Origin: a virus
Strand: one strand, 5' to 3'
DNA: 64,000 nucleotides
Virus record (IMG/VR): IMGVR_UViG_3300032236_001081
Location: 11,730 to 75,729 of that record
Under the pieces are notes generated by a model. That model had not been told where the DNA came from. It searched no databases and worked only from the letters and a program-made list of their open reading frames with translations. The translations under genes were made by a program, and so were the position numbers. Within the stretch, counting starts at the first letter, position 1. Every line of letters begins with the position of its first letter. Of the stretch, positions 41,185 to 50,660 are shown piece by piece.

Positions 41185-42234
41185 ATGAAAATTGCTTTAA
41201 TTACGGACACTCATTTCAATTTTAAAAAATCAAATCAGATTTATCACGACTATTTTGAAAGATTTTATACAGATATCTTCTTTCCTACTCTAGAAGACCG
41301 TAGAATTGATACTGCTATTCATTTGGGGGACGCATTTGATAATCGCAAAGGAGTGGATTACTGGGCATTAGACTGGGCACAGAGGGTGTTTTATGACAGA
41401 CTTAATGATTTAAATATTAATCTTATTCAAATTTGTGGAAATCACGATAGCTTTTATAAGAATTCAAATAAAATTAATGCAATTGATACTCTTTTAAGAA
41501 GTTATAAAAATATAAATTCATTCTCATCACCTGGTGAAATTAAAATAGGAAATTTGCAGTGTTTAATTGTTCCTTGGATATGTGCTGAAAATGAAGAAGA
41601 AACCTTTACTTTGATGGAAAAGACCAAAGCGAAAGTTTTATTTGGTCATTTGGAACTTCAAGGGTTCACTTTATTTCCAGGAAAAGTGAATACTCACGGA
41701 TTAACAACCGAAAGGTTTGAAAAGTTTGACAGAGTATACACTGGCCATTATCACGCTCGTAGTAATAATGGCAAAATCTTTTATCTTGGAAATCCATATC
41801 AAATGTTCTGGAGTGATGTAGACGATATGAGAGGATTTCATATCTTTGATACTGAAACTTATGAACTAGAGTTCATTCCAAATCCCTATAATCTATATGA
41901 AAGATTTTACTACGAAAATACTGATTGGAAGACTTTTGATTATTCAATTTTTGAAAACAAAAATGTAAAAATAATTGTTAAAGAAAGAACCAGTCAAAGT
42001 GATTATGACAAGTTTATATCTAAAATTCTTGAAACTAATATCGTTGATTTGAATATAGTTGAATTAATTGACCTTAATGATACTAATGTTAATTTTGATG
42101 ATATTGAACCAGAAGACACATTCGCAGTTTTATCTAAATATGTAGAAGAAGCAGATTTTTCTTTAGATAAAGATATGATAAAAAATATTCTCCATAACAC
42201 TTATAAAGAGGCATTAGAACTGGAGGCAGTGTAA
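41185..42234 (+). CDS. gp47: Recombination endonuclease subunit gp47 (Mre11/SbcD-like)
   Basis: ITDTHF; HLGDAFD; GNHD; FGHLE; GHYH phosphoesterase motifs. Confidence 0.95.
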   Translation: MKIALITDTHFNFKKSNQIYHDYFERFYTDIFFPTLEDRRIDTAIHLGDAFDNRKGVDYWALDWAQRVFYDRLNDLNINLIQICGNHDSFYKNSNKINAIDTLLRSYKNINSFSSPGEIKIGNLQCLIVPWICAENEEETFTLMEKTKAKVLFGHLELQGFTLFPGKVNTHGLTTERFEKFDRVYTGHYHARSNNGKIFYLGNPYQMFWSDVDDMRGFHIFDTETYELEFIPNPYNLYERFYYENTDWKTFDYSIFENKNVKIIVKERTSQSDYDKFISKILETNIVDLNIVELIDLNDTNVNFDDIEPEDTFAVLSKYVEEADFSLDKDMIKNILHNTYKEALELEAV

Positions 42235-42518
42235 TGTATATAATCGCTATTGCTGACTGTGTGGATGAAGGTGCATATGGAGTAGTAGACGAATGTGGTG
42301 AGAAGGCATTATGTTTTTTTGAGTCTGAAGATGATGCAATTAGATATGCAGGACTTTTAGAAGCAGATGACTTCCCTGAAATGCAAGTAGTGGAAGTTGA
42401 AGATGAGATAGCAATTGAAACTTGTGAAAATTATAATTATCACTATGTGATAGTGAACCCTAATGAATTTGTAATCCCCCCAAAACAAAATGTTGAATAT
42501 TCAGAGAATAAAATATAA
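42234..42518 (+). CDS. Small acidic conserved hypothetical protein
   Basis: EGAY...FESEDDAIRYAGLLEADD...VIPP; conserved position between gp47 and gp46. Confidence 0.75.
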   Translation: MYIIAIADCVDEGAYGVVDECGEKALCFFESEDDAIRYAGLLEADDFPEMQVVEVEDEIAIETCENYNYHYVIVNPNEFVIPPKQNVEYSENKI

Positions 42519-44205
42519 AAATATATTATCGGCAGGAAATCAATTTACAGAAGTTAATTTTACCGATACTAAAACTACTTTAATCGTAGGAGCAAATGGA
42601 AATGGTAAAAGTCTGATTATCACTGCTCTTATTTTTGCTCTATATGGTAGGTCCAATCGTGGGACCACTAAAAGTCAATTAGTCAATAGCACAAATAAAA
42701 AAGATTGTGTCGTTGAATTGGAGTTCTCAATAAAGTCAAAACAATATAAAGTGATAAGAGGGATATCTCCAAATATATTTGAAATATGGGTAGATGGAGT
42801 AGTGCAGAACCAACTTGCATCTGTAAAAGACCAACAAAAATATTTGGAGCAGTCTGTGCTCAGGATGAGTTATAAGACCTTCATTCAAGTTGTTGTGCTT
42901 GGGAGTAATAACTTTGTTCCATTTATGCAACTATCTTCCTCTGACCGTAGAGACCTTGTAGAAGAACTATTGGATATTAAAATATTCTCATCTATGAATT
43001 CAATTCTAAAAGATAAGATTAAAAATTTAGAAAGAAAAAGGCAAGAAATTAATTACAATAAATCTGCTGTAATTGATAAAATTGAAATGCAAAAGAATTT
43101 TATCAAAACTCTTAAAGAAGAAGGGGAAGTGATTATTGCAAAAAAGCAAAATAAGATTACTGAAATACAAAATGAAAGTGAGAGTATTAATAGCGGAATT
43201 TCAACTACATTAAAAGATATAGAAGTTAAGCAAAAAGAATTGGAAAGTATTTCTTTTTCTTCTAAAAAACTTAAACAACTCATAGGTATTAAAGGTAAAT
43301 TACAGCAGAAGTCTTCTATTCTTGAAGATGATAAAATATTCTTTCAAAATAACGATGTATGCCCAACTTGTAAGCAGGACTTACAGATTGAATTCAAAGA
43401 TGAAATGATAGTAAAACTAAAAGATGAACTATCCGGAATTTCCAGAGGGTTCGTTGAATTAGAACAAGTCATAGAAGAAGAGGAAACTAAAGAAAATGAA
43501 TTTACTAAACTGTCTAGGAATATAACATCTTTAAATAATGAAATTTCTAACCAACAATCTCAAATACTTCGTAATGGCAAACAGATAAAAGAACTTGAAA
43601 TTGAAATTGAAGAAACTTCAAACAAATTAAAAAATCAAAGTCAAGAAGCAAAAGTTCTTCGTGCATTGATGAAAGATGAAGATGCTTTAGATAGAGATAG
43701 TTCAAAGTGTAATGAAACAATACACTACTTTGAATTTGCACATCTTCTTATGAAAGATGGAGGAATTAAGACAAAAATTATGCAGAAATATCTTCCTCTT
43801 CTTAATTTGCAAATTAATAAGTATTTGCAAATGATGGACTTTTATATTAATTTTACTCTTGATGAGGAGTTTAATGAAAATGTAAAAACTCCAATTCACG
43901 AAGATTTTTCTTATGGTTCTTTTAGTGAAGGAGAGAAGCAAAAGATTAATCTTGCAATTCTTTTTGCTTGGAGAGATATTGCAAAGATGAAAAACTCAAT
44001 CAACTGTAATTTAATGATACTTGATGAAACTTTTGATAGTTCTTTAGATACCGAAGGTTCAGGAAATCTTTTAAAAATCTTGAACTATGTAATTAAAGAC
44101 ACCAACATATTTGTAATTTCTCATAGAATAGATGAGTTGATTGATAAATTTGATAGAGTGTTGGAAGTCAAAAAGATTAACGGGTTCTCTAAAGTTCTAA
44201 GTTGA
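42490..44205 (+). CDS. gp46: Recombination ATPase gp46 (Rad50/SbcC-like)
   Basis: GANGNGKS; zinc hook CPTC; FSEGEK signature; LDETFD; ISH. Confidence 0.96.
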   Translation: MLNIQRIKYKNILSAGNQFTEVNFTDTKTTLIVGANGNGKSLIITALIFALYGRSNRGTTKSQLVNSTNKKDCVVELEFSIKSKQYKVIRGISPNIFEIWVDGVVQNQLASVKDQQKYLEQSVLRMSYKTFIQVVVLGSNNFVPFMQLSSSDRRDLVEELLDIKIFSSMNSILKDKIKNLERKRQEINYNKSAVIDKIEMQKNFIKTLKEEGEVIIAKKQNKITEIQNESESINSGISTTLKDIEVKQKELESISFSSKKLKQLIGIKGKLQQKSSILEDDKIFFQNNDVCPTCKQDLQIEFKDEMIVKLKDELSGISRGFVELEQVIEEEETKENEFTKLSRNITSLNNEISNQQSQILRNGKQIKELEIEIEETSNKLKNQSQEAKVLRALMKDEDALDRDSSKCNETIHYFEFAHLLMKDGGIKTKIMQKYLPLLNLQINKYLQMMDFYINFTLDEEFNENVKTPIHEDFSYGSFSEGEKQKINLAILFAWRDIAKMKNSINCNLMILDETFDSSLDTEGSGNLLKILNYVIKDTNIFVISHRIDELIDKFDRVLEVKKINGFSKVLS

Positions 44206-44230
44206 CTTCTTTCCAATTGATTGCTAAACT
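44202..44230 (+). promoter_or_regulatory. Early sigma70-like promoter for the clamp/loader operon
   Basis: TTGACT-N17-TAAACT with extended TGn. Confidence 0.65.
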
Positions 44231-44252
44231 AACTCCGATGATTGACATTATT

Positions 44253-44552
44253 ATGGAAGAAAATACAAATGCTAATGGTTTCTGGAAATACAACGAAGAT
44301 AAAATCCTGAAACAACTTGAAGAATATATTGCTGGCACTTATAGACAGCATTATGTTGATAGGACTGGTGGTGGAACAGAACAAACCATTGATAAGATTA
44401 AACATAATCGTCGTGAAGGATTTTGTGCTGGTAATATTACCAAGTATACTGACCGATATGATACTAAAGGAACTCCTCGTGCTGACTTGTTTAAAGTTCT
44501 GCACTATACTATTCTTTTAATTAATCATCTCAATCTTGTTGAAAATAAGTGA
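44253..44552 (+). CDS. DUF3310-like hypothetical protein
   Basis: WKYNEDKILKQLEEYIAGTYRQHY; FCAGNITKYTDRY..KG..RADLFKVLHY; start set at ATG 44253. Confidence 0.75.
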   Translation: MEENTNANGFWKYNEDKILKQLEEYIAGTYRQHYVDRTGGGTEQTIDKIKHNRREGFCAGNITKYTDRYDTKGTPRADLFKVLHYTILLINHLNLVENK

Positions 44553-44569
44553 AAATTAACCCTCAAATT

Positions 44570-45238
44570 ATGAAACTATCTGATAATACGATTAACATTC
44601 TAAAGAACTTTGCTACCATTAATCCCAGTATTCTTATTCGGAAAGGCAATACAATTAGAACTATTGCACTTTCAGGAAACATTGCAGCAAGTGCTGTTGT
44701 TACTGAGGAATTTGATACTGAATTTGGAATTTATGATTTAAACCAGTTTTTGAATGGATTAAAACTGTATGATAATCCTGAACTAGACTTCTCTTCCGAT
44801 GGATTTGTTTATATCCGACAAGGTAAGCACAGAATTAAATATAGATTGACGGAATCTATGTTGATTACCGCTCCAGAAAACCGTGATATGAAACTTCCTT
44901 CTCAGGATGTATGCTTTCAAATTGATGAAGCGCAGTTTGATAAATTAGTAAAAGCAAGTTCGGTATTTGGACTTCCCGATTTGTCAGTTATTGGGGAAGA
45001 TGGTGAGATTAAACTTGAAGTCCATCAGAAGGAGAATGTAACTACTAATGTAGTGTCTATTGATGTGGGTAAAACTGATAAGGAATTCTGCTTGAATTAT
45101 AAGATTGAAAACTTGAAAATTATTCAAGGTTCCTATAATGTAGTTATTTCTGAGCAATTGGTATCTCAGTTTATTAATCAAAATTTTGATTTGACTTATT
45201 TTGTCGGATTGGAAAGCGACAGTTCATTTGACTCCTAA
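44570..45238 (+). CDS. gp45: Sliding clamp gp45
   Basis: MKLSDNTINILKNFATINPSI; FGIYDLNQFL; KIENLKII. Confidence 0.95.
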   Translation: MKLSDNTINILKNFATINPSILIRKGNTIRTIALSGNIAASAVVTEEFDTEFGIYDLNQFLNGLKLYDNPELDFSSDGFVYIRQGKHRIKYRLTESMLITAPENRDMKLPSQDVCFQIDEAQFDKLVKASSVFGLPDLSVIGEDGEIKLEVHQKENVTTNVVSIDVGKTDKEFCLNYKIENLKIIQGSYNVVISEQLVSQFINQNFDLTYFVGLESDSSFDS

Positions 45239-45254
45239 TTTATAAATTTTTATT

Positions 45255-46199
45255 ATGCGTGAAGAATTCTTATTTGTTGAAAAATACGCTCCGAAAAGCG
45301 TTAGTGAATGTATTTTACCTAAAGGATTAAGAGATTTCTTCGTTGAGGTTGGGAATTCTAAACAGGTTCCTAACCTTATTCTTTCTGGTCCTTCGGGTAT
45401 CGGTAAGACCTCAACCATTAAAGCACTTGCAAATGAGTTGAAAATGGACTTTATGATGATAAATGGGTCGGAAGAAGGACGGTATATTGATACTATTCGC
45501 AATAAAGTACAGACATATGCATCTACAGTGTCTCTATCTAATAGTAGCGGTAAAAAAATTCTATTAATAGATGAGGCAGATAATCTAACACACGATGCAC
45601 AAAAGGCTCTTTTGGGGGTTATAGAGAAGTTGCAAAATAATTGCACTTTTATTTTTACCTGCAACTATAAAAATAAAATCTTACCTGCTCTACATTCTCG
45701 TTGTTCCTTGTTGGATTTTACAATTCCATCAAAAGAAAAGCCAAAACTTGCAAAAGCATTCTTTGAAAGAATTATCAATATTCTTGAAACTGAAGGAATT
45801 GACTATGATAAAAAAGTTTTGGTAGAACTGGTTCAAAAATATTTTCCAGATTTTCGTAGAACTTTACACGAACTGCAGAGATTTAGTGCTTCTGGGAACT
45901 TAGATATTGGGGCAATCACATCAACCTCAAATGCAAATATTAAAGAATTAGTTTCTCTTATGAAAGAGAATAACTTTGGTGGAGTCCGTAAGTGGGTAGT
46001 TGAAAATCTAGATAACGAGGTAAATAAAATTCTTCGTCAGATTTATGATGAACTCTATAATGAACTTGTTCCATCTACGATACCATTTGCAATTCTTGTA
46101 ATTGCAAAATATCAATATCAGTCTGCTTTCTGTATGGACCAAGAAATCAATCTTATGGCTTGTCTAATTGAAATTGTGAGAGAGTGTGAATTTCAATGA
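45255..46199 (+). CDS. gp44: Clamp loader large subunit gp44
   Basis: VEKYAP; GPSGIGKTS; DEAD; ALHSRC; FPDFRR. Confidence 0.96.
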   Translation: MREEFLFVEKYAPKSVSECILPKGLRDFFVEVGNSKQVPNLILSGPSGIGKTSTIKALANELKMDFMMINGSEEGRYIDTIRNKVQTYASTVSLSNSSGKKILLIDEADNLTHDAQKALLGVIEKLQNNCTFIFTCNYKNKILPALHSRCSLLDFTIPSKEKPKLAKAFFERIINILETEGIDYDKKVLVELVQKYFPDFRRTLHELQRFSASGNLDIGAITSTSNANIKELVSLMKENNFGGVRKWVVENLDNEVNKILRQIYDELYNELVPSTIPFAILVIAKYQYQSAFCMDQEINLMACLIEIVRECEFQ

Positions 46200-46585
46200 C
46201 ACATAATGTATGGGATATGGTGAACTCTGTCAGCGACACTAAGAAAAATTTATTGGAAGAGGATGTAGAAAATATAAAAACCTATGAACCTTATTTGGTA
46301 AACAAATCGTTGTCATATCACAACGATGCATTGATGTATGCAAATGAAATGAATAGAAACTTTTTTATTGATAAGGATATGCAATATAACTTTTATATAA
46401 ATATTCTAAGAAAAAGGAAGAGATTCTCCTCCTGGATTAAAAAAGAAAAAGTAGATGATTTGGAATGTATCAAATCTTATTATAATTATAGTAACGAAAA
46501 AGCTCTCCAAGCATTAAAAATTCTTTCTGAAGTCCAAATTAACTTTATAAAGAAACAACTTGATACAGGTGGTATAACTAAATGA
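46196..46585 (+). CDS. gp62: Clamp loader small subunit gp62
   Basis: YEPYLVNKSLS; ANEMN; RKRKRFSSW; YYNYSNEKA. Confidence 0.93.
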   Translation: MTHNVWDMVNSVSDTKKNLLEEDVENIKTYEPYLVNKSLSYHNDALMYANEMNRNFFIDKDMQYNFYINILRKRKRFSSWIKKEKVDDLECIKSYYNYSNEKALQALKILSEVQINFIKKQLDTGGITK

Positions 46586-47022
46586 ATAACTCTAATGAAC
46601 CCCAGGTGAACTGGACTCCCAATATGATGGTAGAAGTTTTACTGAATGAACCTGATGACTTTCTTAAGGTTCGTGAAACTTTAACTCGTATTGGAGTAGC
46701 TTCACGAAAAGAAAAGAAACTATATCAGTCAGTTCATATTCTTCATAAACAAGGTAAGTATTATCTTACCCACTTTAAAGAGCTATTTGCTCTTGATGGT
46801 AAGTATGCAAATATTACCGTTAATGATATGCAAAGACGCAATCGTATAGCACAACTAGTTGCTGATTGGGGCCTGGTATCAATTGTAAATGCAGACTCAG
46901 TTTCAGATATTGCTCCACTAAACCAAATTAAAGTTCTTTCTTTTAAAGATAAGGCGGATTGGATGCTTGAAAGTAAGTATTCTATTGGTAAAAAAGTAAA
47001 ACCCGAAACCGAAGATAAATAG
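46582..47022 (+). CDS. regA: Translational repressor RegA
   Basis: PDDFLKVRETLTRIGVAS...LYQSVHILHKQGKYY.THFKELFALDG. Confidence 0.97.
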   Translation: MNNSNEPQVNWTPNMMVEVLLNEPDDFLKVRETLTRIGVASRKEKKLYQSVHILHKQGKYYLTHFKELFALDGKYANITVNDMQRRNRIAQLVADWGLVSIVNADSVSDIAPLNQIKVLSFKDKADWMLESKYSIGKKVKPETEDK

Positions 47023-47043
47023 ACACTAATCCGAATATAGAAT

Positions 47044-47070
47044 GGGGGGGTTATACTACTCCCTTTTTTT
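47044..47070 (+). terminator. Rho-independent terminator after regA
   Basis: G-run/ACTCCC stem followed by T7. Confidence 0.75.
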
Positions 47071-47089
47071 ATGGTTTTATGTTATATAC

Positions 47090-47118
47090 TAATGATGTTG
47101 CCTTCGGGGACATTATTA
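47090..47118 (+). promoter_or_regulatory. UUCG-tetraloop hairpin in the hsp20 5' leader
   Basis: TAATGATGT..CC-TTCG-GG..ACATTATTA; strong SD AGGAGGT at 47134-47140. Confidence 0.6.
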
Positions 47119-47145
47119 ACTTACAGACGCTTTAGGAGGTCTATT

Positions 47146-47589
47146 ATGTTTGGAACAGAATCATTTACGCTTACAGTGCCACAAACTGCAAAGTATTTGT
47201 TGGATATACAAAAGAATAGTATTGGAATGGATGAGTGGTTTAAGAGATTTGATAGTGCTTTTGAGACGCACACTAACTATCCGCCATACAATTTAGTTAA
47301 AGATAGTAGTGTAGATTTTAGATTAGAAATTGCCCTTGCTGGATACAAAAGAGAAGATATTGAAGTTACTACTGAGTGGAATAAACTTTTTGTAGAAGCA
47401 AAGAAAGTGGGAGACTCTACTGATGAATATCTACACAAAGGACTTGCAAAAAGAGCATTTATACGAACTTGGACTTTATCAGATGATGTAGTTGTTGGTG
47501 ATATTTCTTTTGAAGATGGATTACTCACAATCAAACTAAATAGAGTCATTCCAGAGCATCAAAAGAAAAAAGTTTATGAAATTCTATAA
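47146..47589 (+). CDS. hsp20: Small heat-shock protein Hsp20
   Basis: NYPPYNLV; LEIALAGY; YLHKGLAKRAF; FEDGLLTIKL; start ATG 47146 after the SD. Confidence 0.95.
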   Translation: MFGTESFTLTVPQTAKYLLDIQKNSIGMDEWFKRFDSAFETHTNYPPYNLVKDSSVDFRLEIALAGYKREDIEVTTEWNKLFVEAKKVGDSTDEYLHKGLAKRAFIRTWTLSDDVVVGDISFEDGLLTIKLNRVIPEHQKKKVYEIL

Positions 47590-47594
47590 TACGA

Positions 47595-47681
47595 ATAAAT
47601 AATTAGGGGCTACTCCCAATTATTGTCGTCGCAAAAAGAGACTAATTCTGACTAAGGCCAGAATTGACAGTCTCTTTTTTT
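47595..47681 (+). ncRNA. Candidate structured small RNA / compound terminator-promoter element
   Basis: Late box ATAAATA (47595-47601), hairpin 47598-47624, linker, then an 18-bp bulged hairpin 47633-47679 ending in a T-tract. Confidence 0.4.
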
Positions 47682-47691
47682 ATGCTATAAT
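47664..47691 (+). promoter_or_regulatory. Early sigma70 promoter for the DNA polymerase operon
   Basis: TTGACA-N16-TATAAT with extended TGn (both hexamers perfect). Confidence 0.8.
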
Positions 47692-47713
47692 ACTATGAAA
47701 TTATGAGATAACT

Positions 47714-48040
47714 ATGGAAGGAATTGTGTTGACGGATGGGAGAGTTTTGGTATCTGAAATAGTCGCAGTGGAAATTGACCCAGATGCAGTGGGTGTTGTA
47801 GACTGCAAATTAATCAATCCTTGTATAATAATTAAAGATAAACTAGTTAAACTTTTAGGTGGGTATACAGAACAGACTGAGTTTTTAATAAATTCGGATA
47901 AAATATTTACGATGTTTGCTCCTAATACTGAATTAAAAATAGAATATATTAAACTTACTGGATATGTAGAACCTGTTGTTCCAGTTGAAGTTGAATCGGA
48001 CGAAGAAATTGAAGAAATTTACGAAGGAGAGGGCGTTTGA
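47714..48040 (+). CDS. Hypothetical protein upstream of gp43
   Basis: 108-aa ORF (DCKLINP, SDKIFT motifs), acidic tail, stop overlaps the gp43 start. Confidence 0.7.
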   Translation: MEGIVLTDGRVLVSEIVAVEIDPDAVGVVDCKLINPCIIIKDKLVKLLGGYTEQTEFLINSDKIFTMFAPNTELKIEYIKLTGYVEPVVPVEVESDEEIEEIYEGEGV

Positions 48041-50529
48041 GATTTTACACAAATGCTTATCAAAAATACGATAAGATTTTAGTAAGAGGATATGAAAATG
48101 GAAAAAAATTCAAAGAAGAGGTAAACTTTTATCCAACATTATACGTTTCAAGTAAAAAACAAAGTAGTTACAAAACCCTTGATAATCTTTGGGTTGAACC
48201 TATTCAGCCTGGGTCTATTTCTGATTGTAGAGAATTTTATAGAAAATACTCTCAAGTTCAAGGATTTAAAATTTATGGAATGGATAATTATACATTTCAA
48301 TATATCTCAGATAATTATTCTGAACAAATTGAGTATGATTTAACAAAAATAAAATTATTTTCTCTTGATATTGAAGTTTGTTCCGAACAGGGATTTCCTA
48401 ATGTGTTTGATTGTGCTGAAGAAATGCTCTTGATTTCTATACAAGATTATAACACTAAGCATATTACAACTTTTGGAGTTAGGCCATATGATAATAAAAG
48501 AGATGATGTAACTTATATTGAATGTAGCGATGAAATAGAATTATTTGATAAGTTCCTAGCATTTTGGGAGGAAGAAAATCCTGACCTCATTACTGGATGG
48601 AACCTAGAATTATATGATATTCCCTATCTTGTAGGTAGAATGTCAAGAATTCTTGGAGACAAAGAAACTGGTAGACTATCTCCGTGGGGGATAGTAAAAA
48701 CAAAAGAGATTGAAATCTCAGGAAGAGTTCAACTTCAGTGTGAAATTGCCGGTATTTCTATTATTGATTACCTTAATCTTTATAAAAAATTTACTTATGT
48801 AAATAGAGAAAGTTATGCTTTGAACCATATTGCAGAAGTAGAACTCGGTATGGAAAAGTTAGACCACTCTGAGTTTGATACTTTCAAAGACTTTTACACT
48901 AAAGATTGGGATAAGTTTGTTCGCTATAATATAATTGACGTTGAGCTTGTTGACCGATTGGAACAAAAGCTGAAGTTGATTGAGCTTTGTATTATGATGG
49001 CATATAACGCAAAGACAAACTATACCGATGTATTCTATCAAGTGCGAATGTGGGATGCCATTACTTACAATTATTTAAGAGAGAGGAATATCGCAGTTCC
49101 TCCAAAAGAAATTACAAGTAAAACGGAGAAGTTTCCAGGTGCTTATGTAAAAGAGCCCAAGCCTGGAATGTATGATTGGGTTGTAAGTTTTGACTTAGCA
49201 TCACTATATCCTTCTTTATTGATGATGTATAATATCAGTCCAGAGACTTATATAGAAAAACGGCATCCTAATATTACTATTCAGGGAGTTCTAGACCAAA
49301 CTGTAGATACGCAATCGTATTCTGATTATACAGTATGTCCAAATGGAGCAATGTATCGTAAAGACATTCGTGGATTTTTCCCCGAACTGACTGAGAAGAT
49401 GTTTAATGAGAGGAAACTTTATAAGAAAAAGATGCTTGAGGCAGAACAAGAATATGAAAATAACCCGTCAATAGAACTTCGTAATACAATTTCAAAATAT
49501 CATAATCTTCAACAAAACTTAAAAATTTGTTTGAATAGTCTGTATGGTGCTTTGGGAAATCAATATTTTAGGTATTATAAACTAGAGAATGCAAAGGCAA
49601 TTACTTTTTCAGGACAAACTACCATTAAATGGATTGAGAGTAGGTTGAATGCATATTTAAATAAAATTGTAGGGACTAAAAATCAAGATTTTATTATTGC
49701 ACTTGATACTGATAGCAATTACTTAAATTTTGGACCTTTAGTAGATAAAGTTTTTAAAAATAAAAATCCTACAAAGGAAAAGGTTGTGGATTTTCTAGAT
49801 AAAATCTGCGGAACCACATTTCAAGATTTTATTAATGAGTGCTTCCAGGAACTTTCTGATTATACCAATGCATATAATAATGCTCTTTATATGAAAAGAG
49901 AAGCGATTTGTGACAGAGCAATCTGGACTAAAAAGAAAAGGTATATTCTAAATGTTTGGGATAATGAAGGGGTTCGTTATGAAACACCAAAGGTAAAAAT
50001 CAAAGGACTTGAGGCAATTAAGTCTTCCACTCCTGCAGTTTGTAGAAAGATGATTAAAGATGCAGTTCCTATTATGATGAACCAGACTGAAACTGATATG
50101 ATACAGTATATCCAAGAATGTAAAGAAAAATTTATGAATTTTTCAATTGAGCAAATCTCATTCCCTCGTTCTGTAAATAATCTGGAAACCTACAGTTCAA
50201 ATGCCACTATTTACACAAAAGGAACTCCTATGCACGTTAGAGGAACTTTACTTTATAATTATCATATAAAAAAGAATAAACTTGACAATAAATATCCAAT
50301 CATTAATAATGGGGAAAAGATTAAATACTGTGCCCTTAAAGTTCCAAATCCTATTCATCAAGATGTAATCTGCTTCATTCAAAACTTTCCAAAAGAGCTT
50401 GAATTGGAAAAATATGTAGATTATACTACTCAGTTTAATAAATCTTTCTTAGAACCTTTGAAGATTATCTTAGATGCAATTGGGTGGAAAACAGAAAAAA
50501 CTGTAAACTTATCAAGCTTTTATGTATAA
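48037..50529 (+). CDS. gp43: Family B DNA polymerase gp43
   Basis: Exo DIE, GWN.E.YD, YNIIDV; pol SFDLASLYPS, KICLNSLYG, DTDS, KKRY; TTG start overlapping the upstream TGA, AAGGAG SD. Confidence 0.98.
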   Translation: MRFYTNAYQKYDKILVRGYENGKKFKEEVNFYPTLYVSSKKQSSYKTLDNLWVEPIQPGSISDCREFYRKYSQVQGFKIYGMDNYTFQYISDNYSEQIEYDLTKIKLFSLDIEVCSEQGFPNVFDCAEEMLLISIQDYNTKHITTFGVRPYDNKRDDVTYIECSDEIELFDKFLAFWEEENPDLITGWNLELYDIPYLVGRMSRILGDKETGRLSPWGIVKTKEIEISGRVQLQCEIAGISIIDYLNLYKKFTYVNRESYALNHIAEVELGMEKLDHSEFDTFKDFYTKDWDKFVRYNIIDVELVDRLEQKLKLIELCIMMAYNAKTNYTDVFYQVRMWDAITYNYLRERNIAVPPKEITSKTEKFPGAYVKEPKPGMYDWVVSFDLASLYPSLLMMYNISPETYIEKRHPNITIQGVLDQTVDTQSYSDYTVCPNGAMYRKDIRGFFPELTEKMFNERKLYKKKMLEAEQEYENNPSIELRNTISKYHNLQQNLKICLNSLYGALGNQYFRYYKLENAKAITFSGQTTIKWIESRLNAYLNKIVGTKNQDFIIALDTDSNYLNFGPLVDKVFKNKNPTKEKVVDFLDKICGTTFQDFINECFQELSDYTNAYNNALYMKREAICDRAIWTKKKRYILNVWDNEGVRYETPKVKIKGLEAIKSSTPAVCRKMIKDAVPIMMNQTETDMIQYIQECKEKFMNFSIEQISFPRSVNNLETYSSNATIYTKGTPMHVRGTLLYNYHIKKNKLDNKYPIINNGEKIKYCALKVPNPIHQDVICFIQNFPKELELEKYVDYTTQFNKSFLEPLKIILDAIGWKTEKTVNLSSFYV

Positions 50530-50535
50530 ATTTAT

Positions 50536-50658
50536 ATGAACTTACCTATTAATGAAAAAGACTTAAAATTTATTTTAGAAAAAGTTAAGCACAATACAGA
50601 ACTTTATAATAAATTATGGTCTTTTTGGTTTAAAATGCAAACAACAAAGGATAACTAA
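50536..50658 (+). CDS. 40-aa hypothetical protein (not in ORF track)
   Basis: MNLPINEKDLKFILEKVKHNTELYNKLWSFWFKMQTTKDN; fills the gp43-uvsX gap. Confidence 0.6.
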   Translation: MNLPINEKDLKFILEKVKHNTELYNKLWSFWFKMQTTKDN

Positions 50659-50660
50659 CT

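Noticed and set aside
49180-49730. gp43 motif variants (DLASLYPS, QQNLKICLNSLYG, LDTDSNY) as a sign of modified-base replication
   Set aside because: Catalytic residues are intact and the variation is within what T4-like polymerases show
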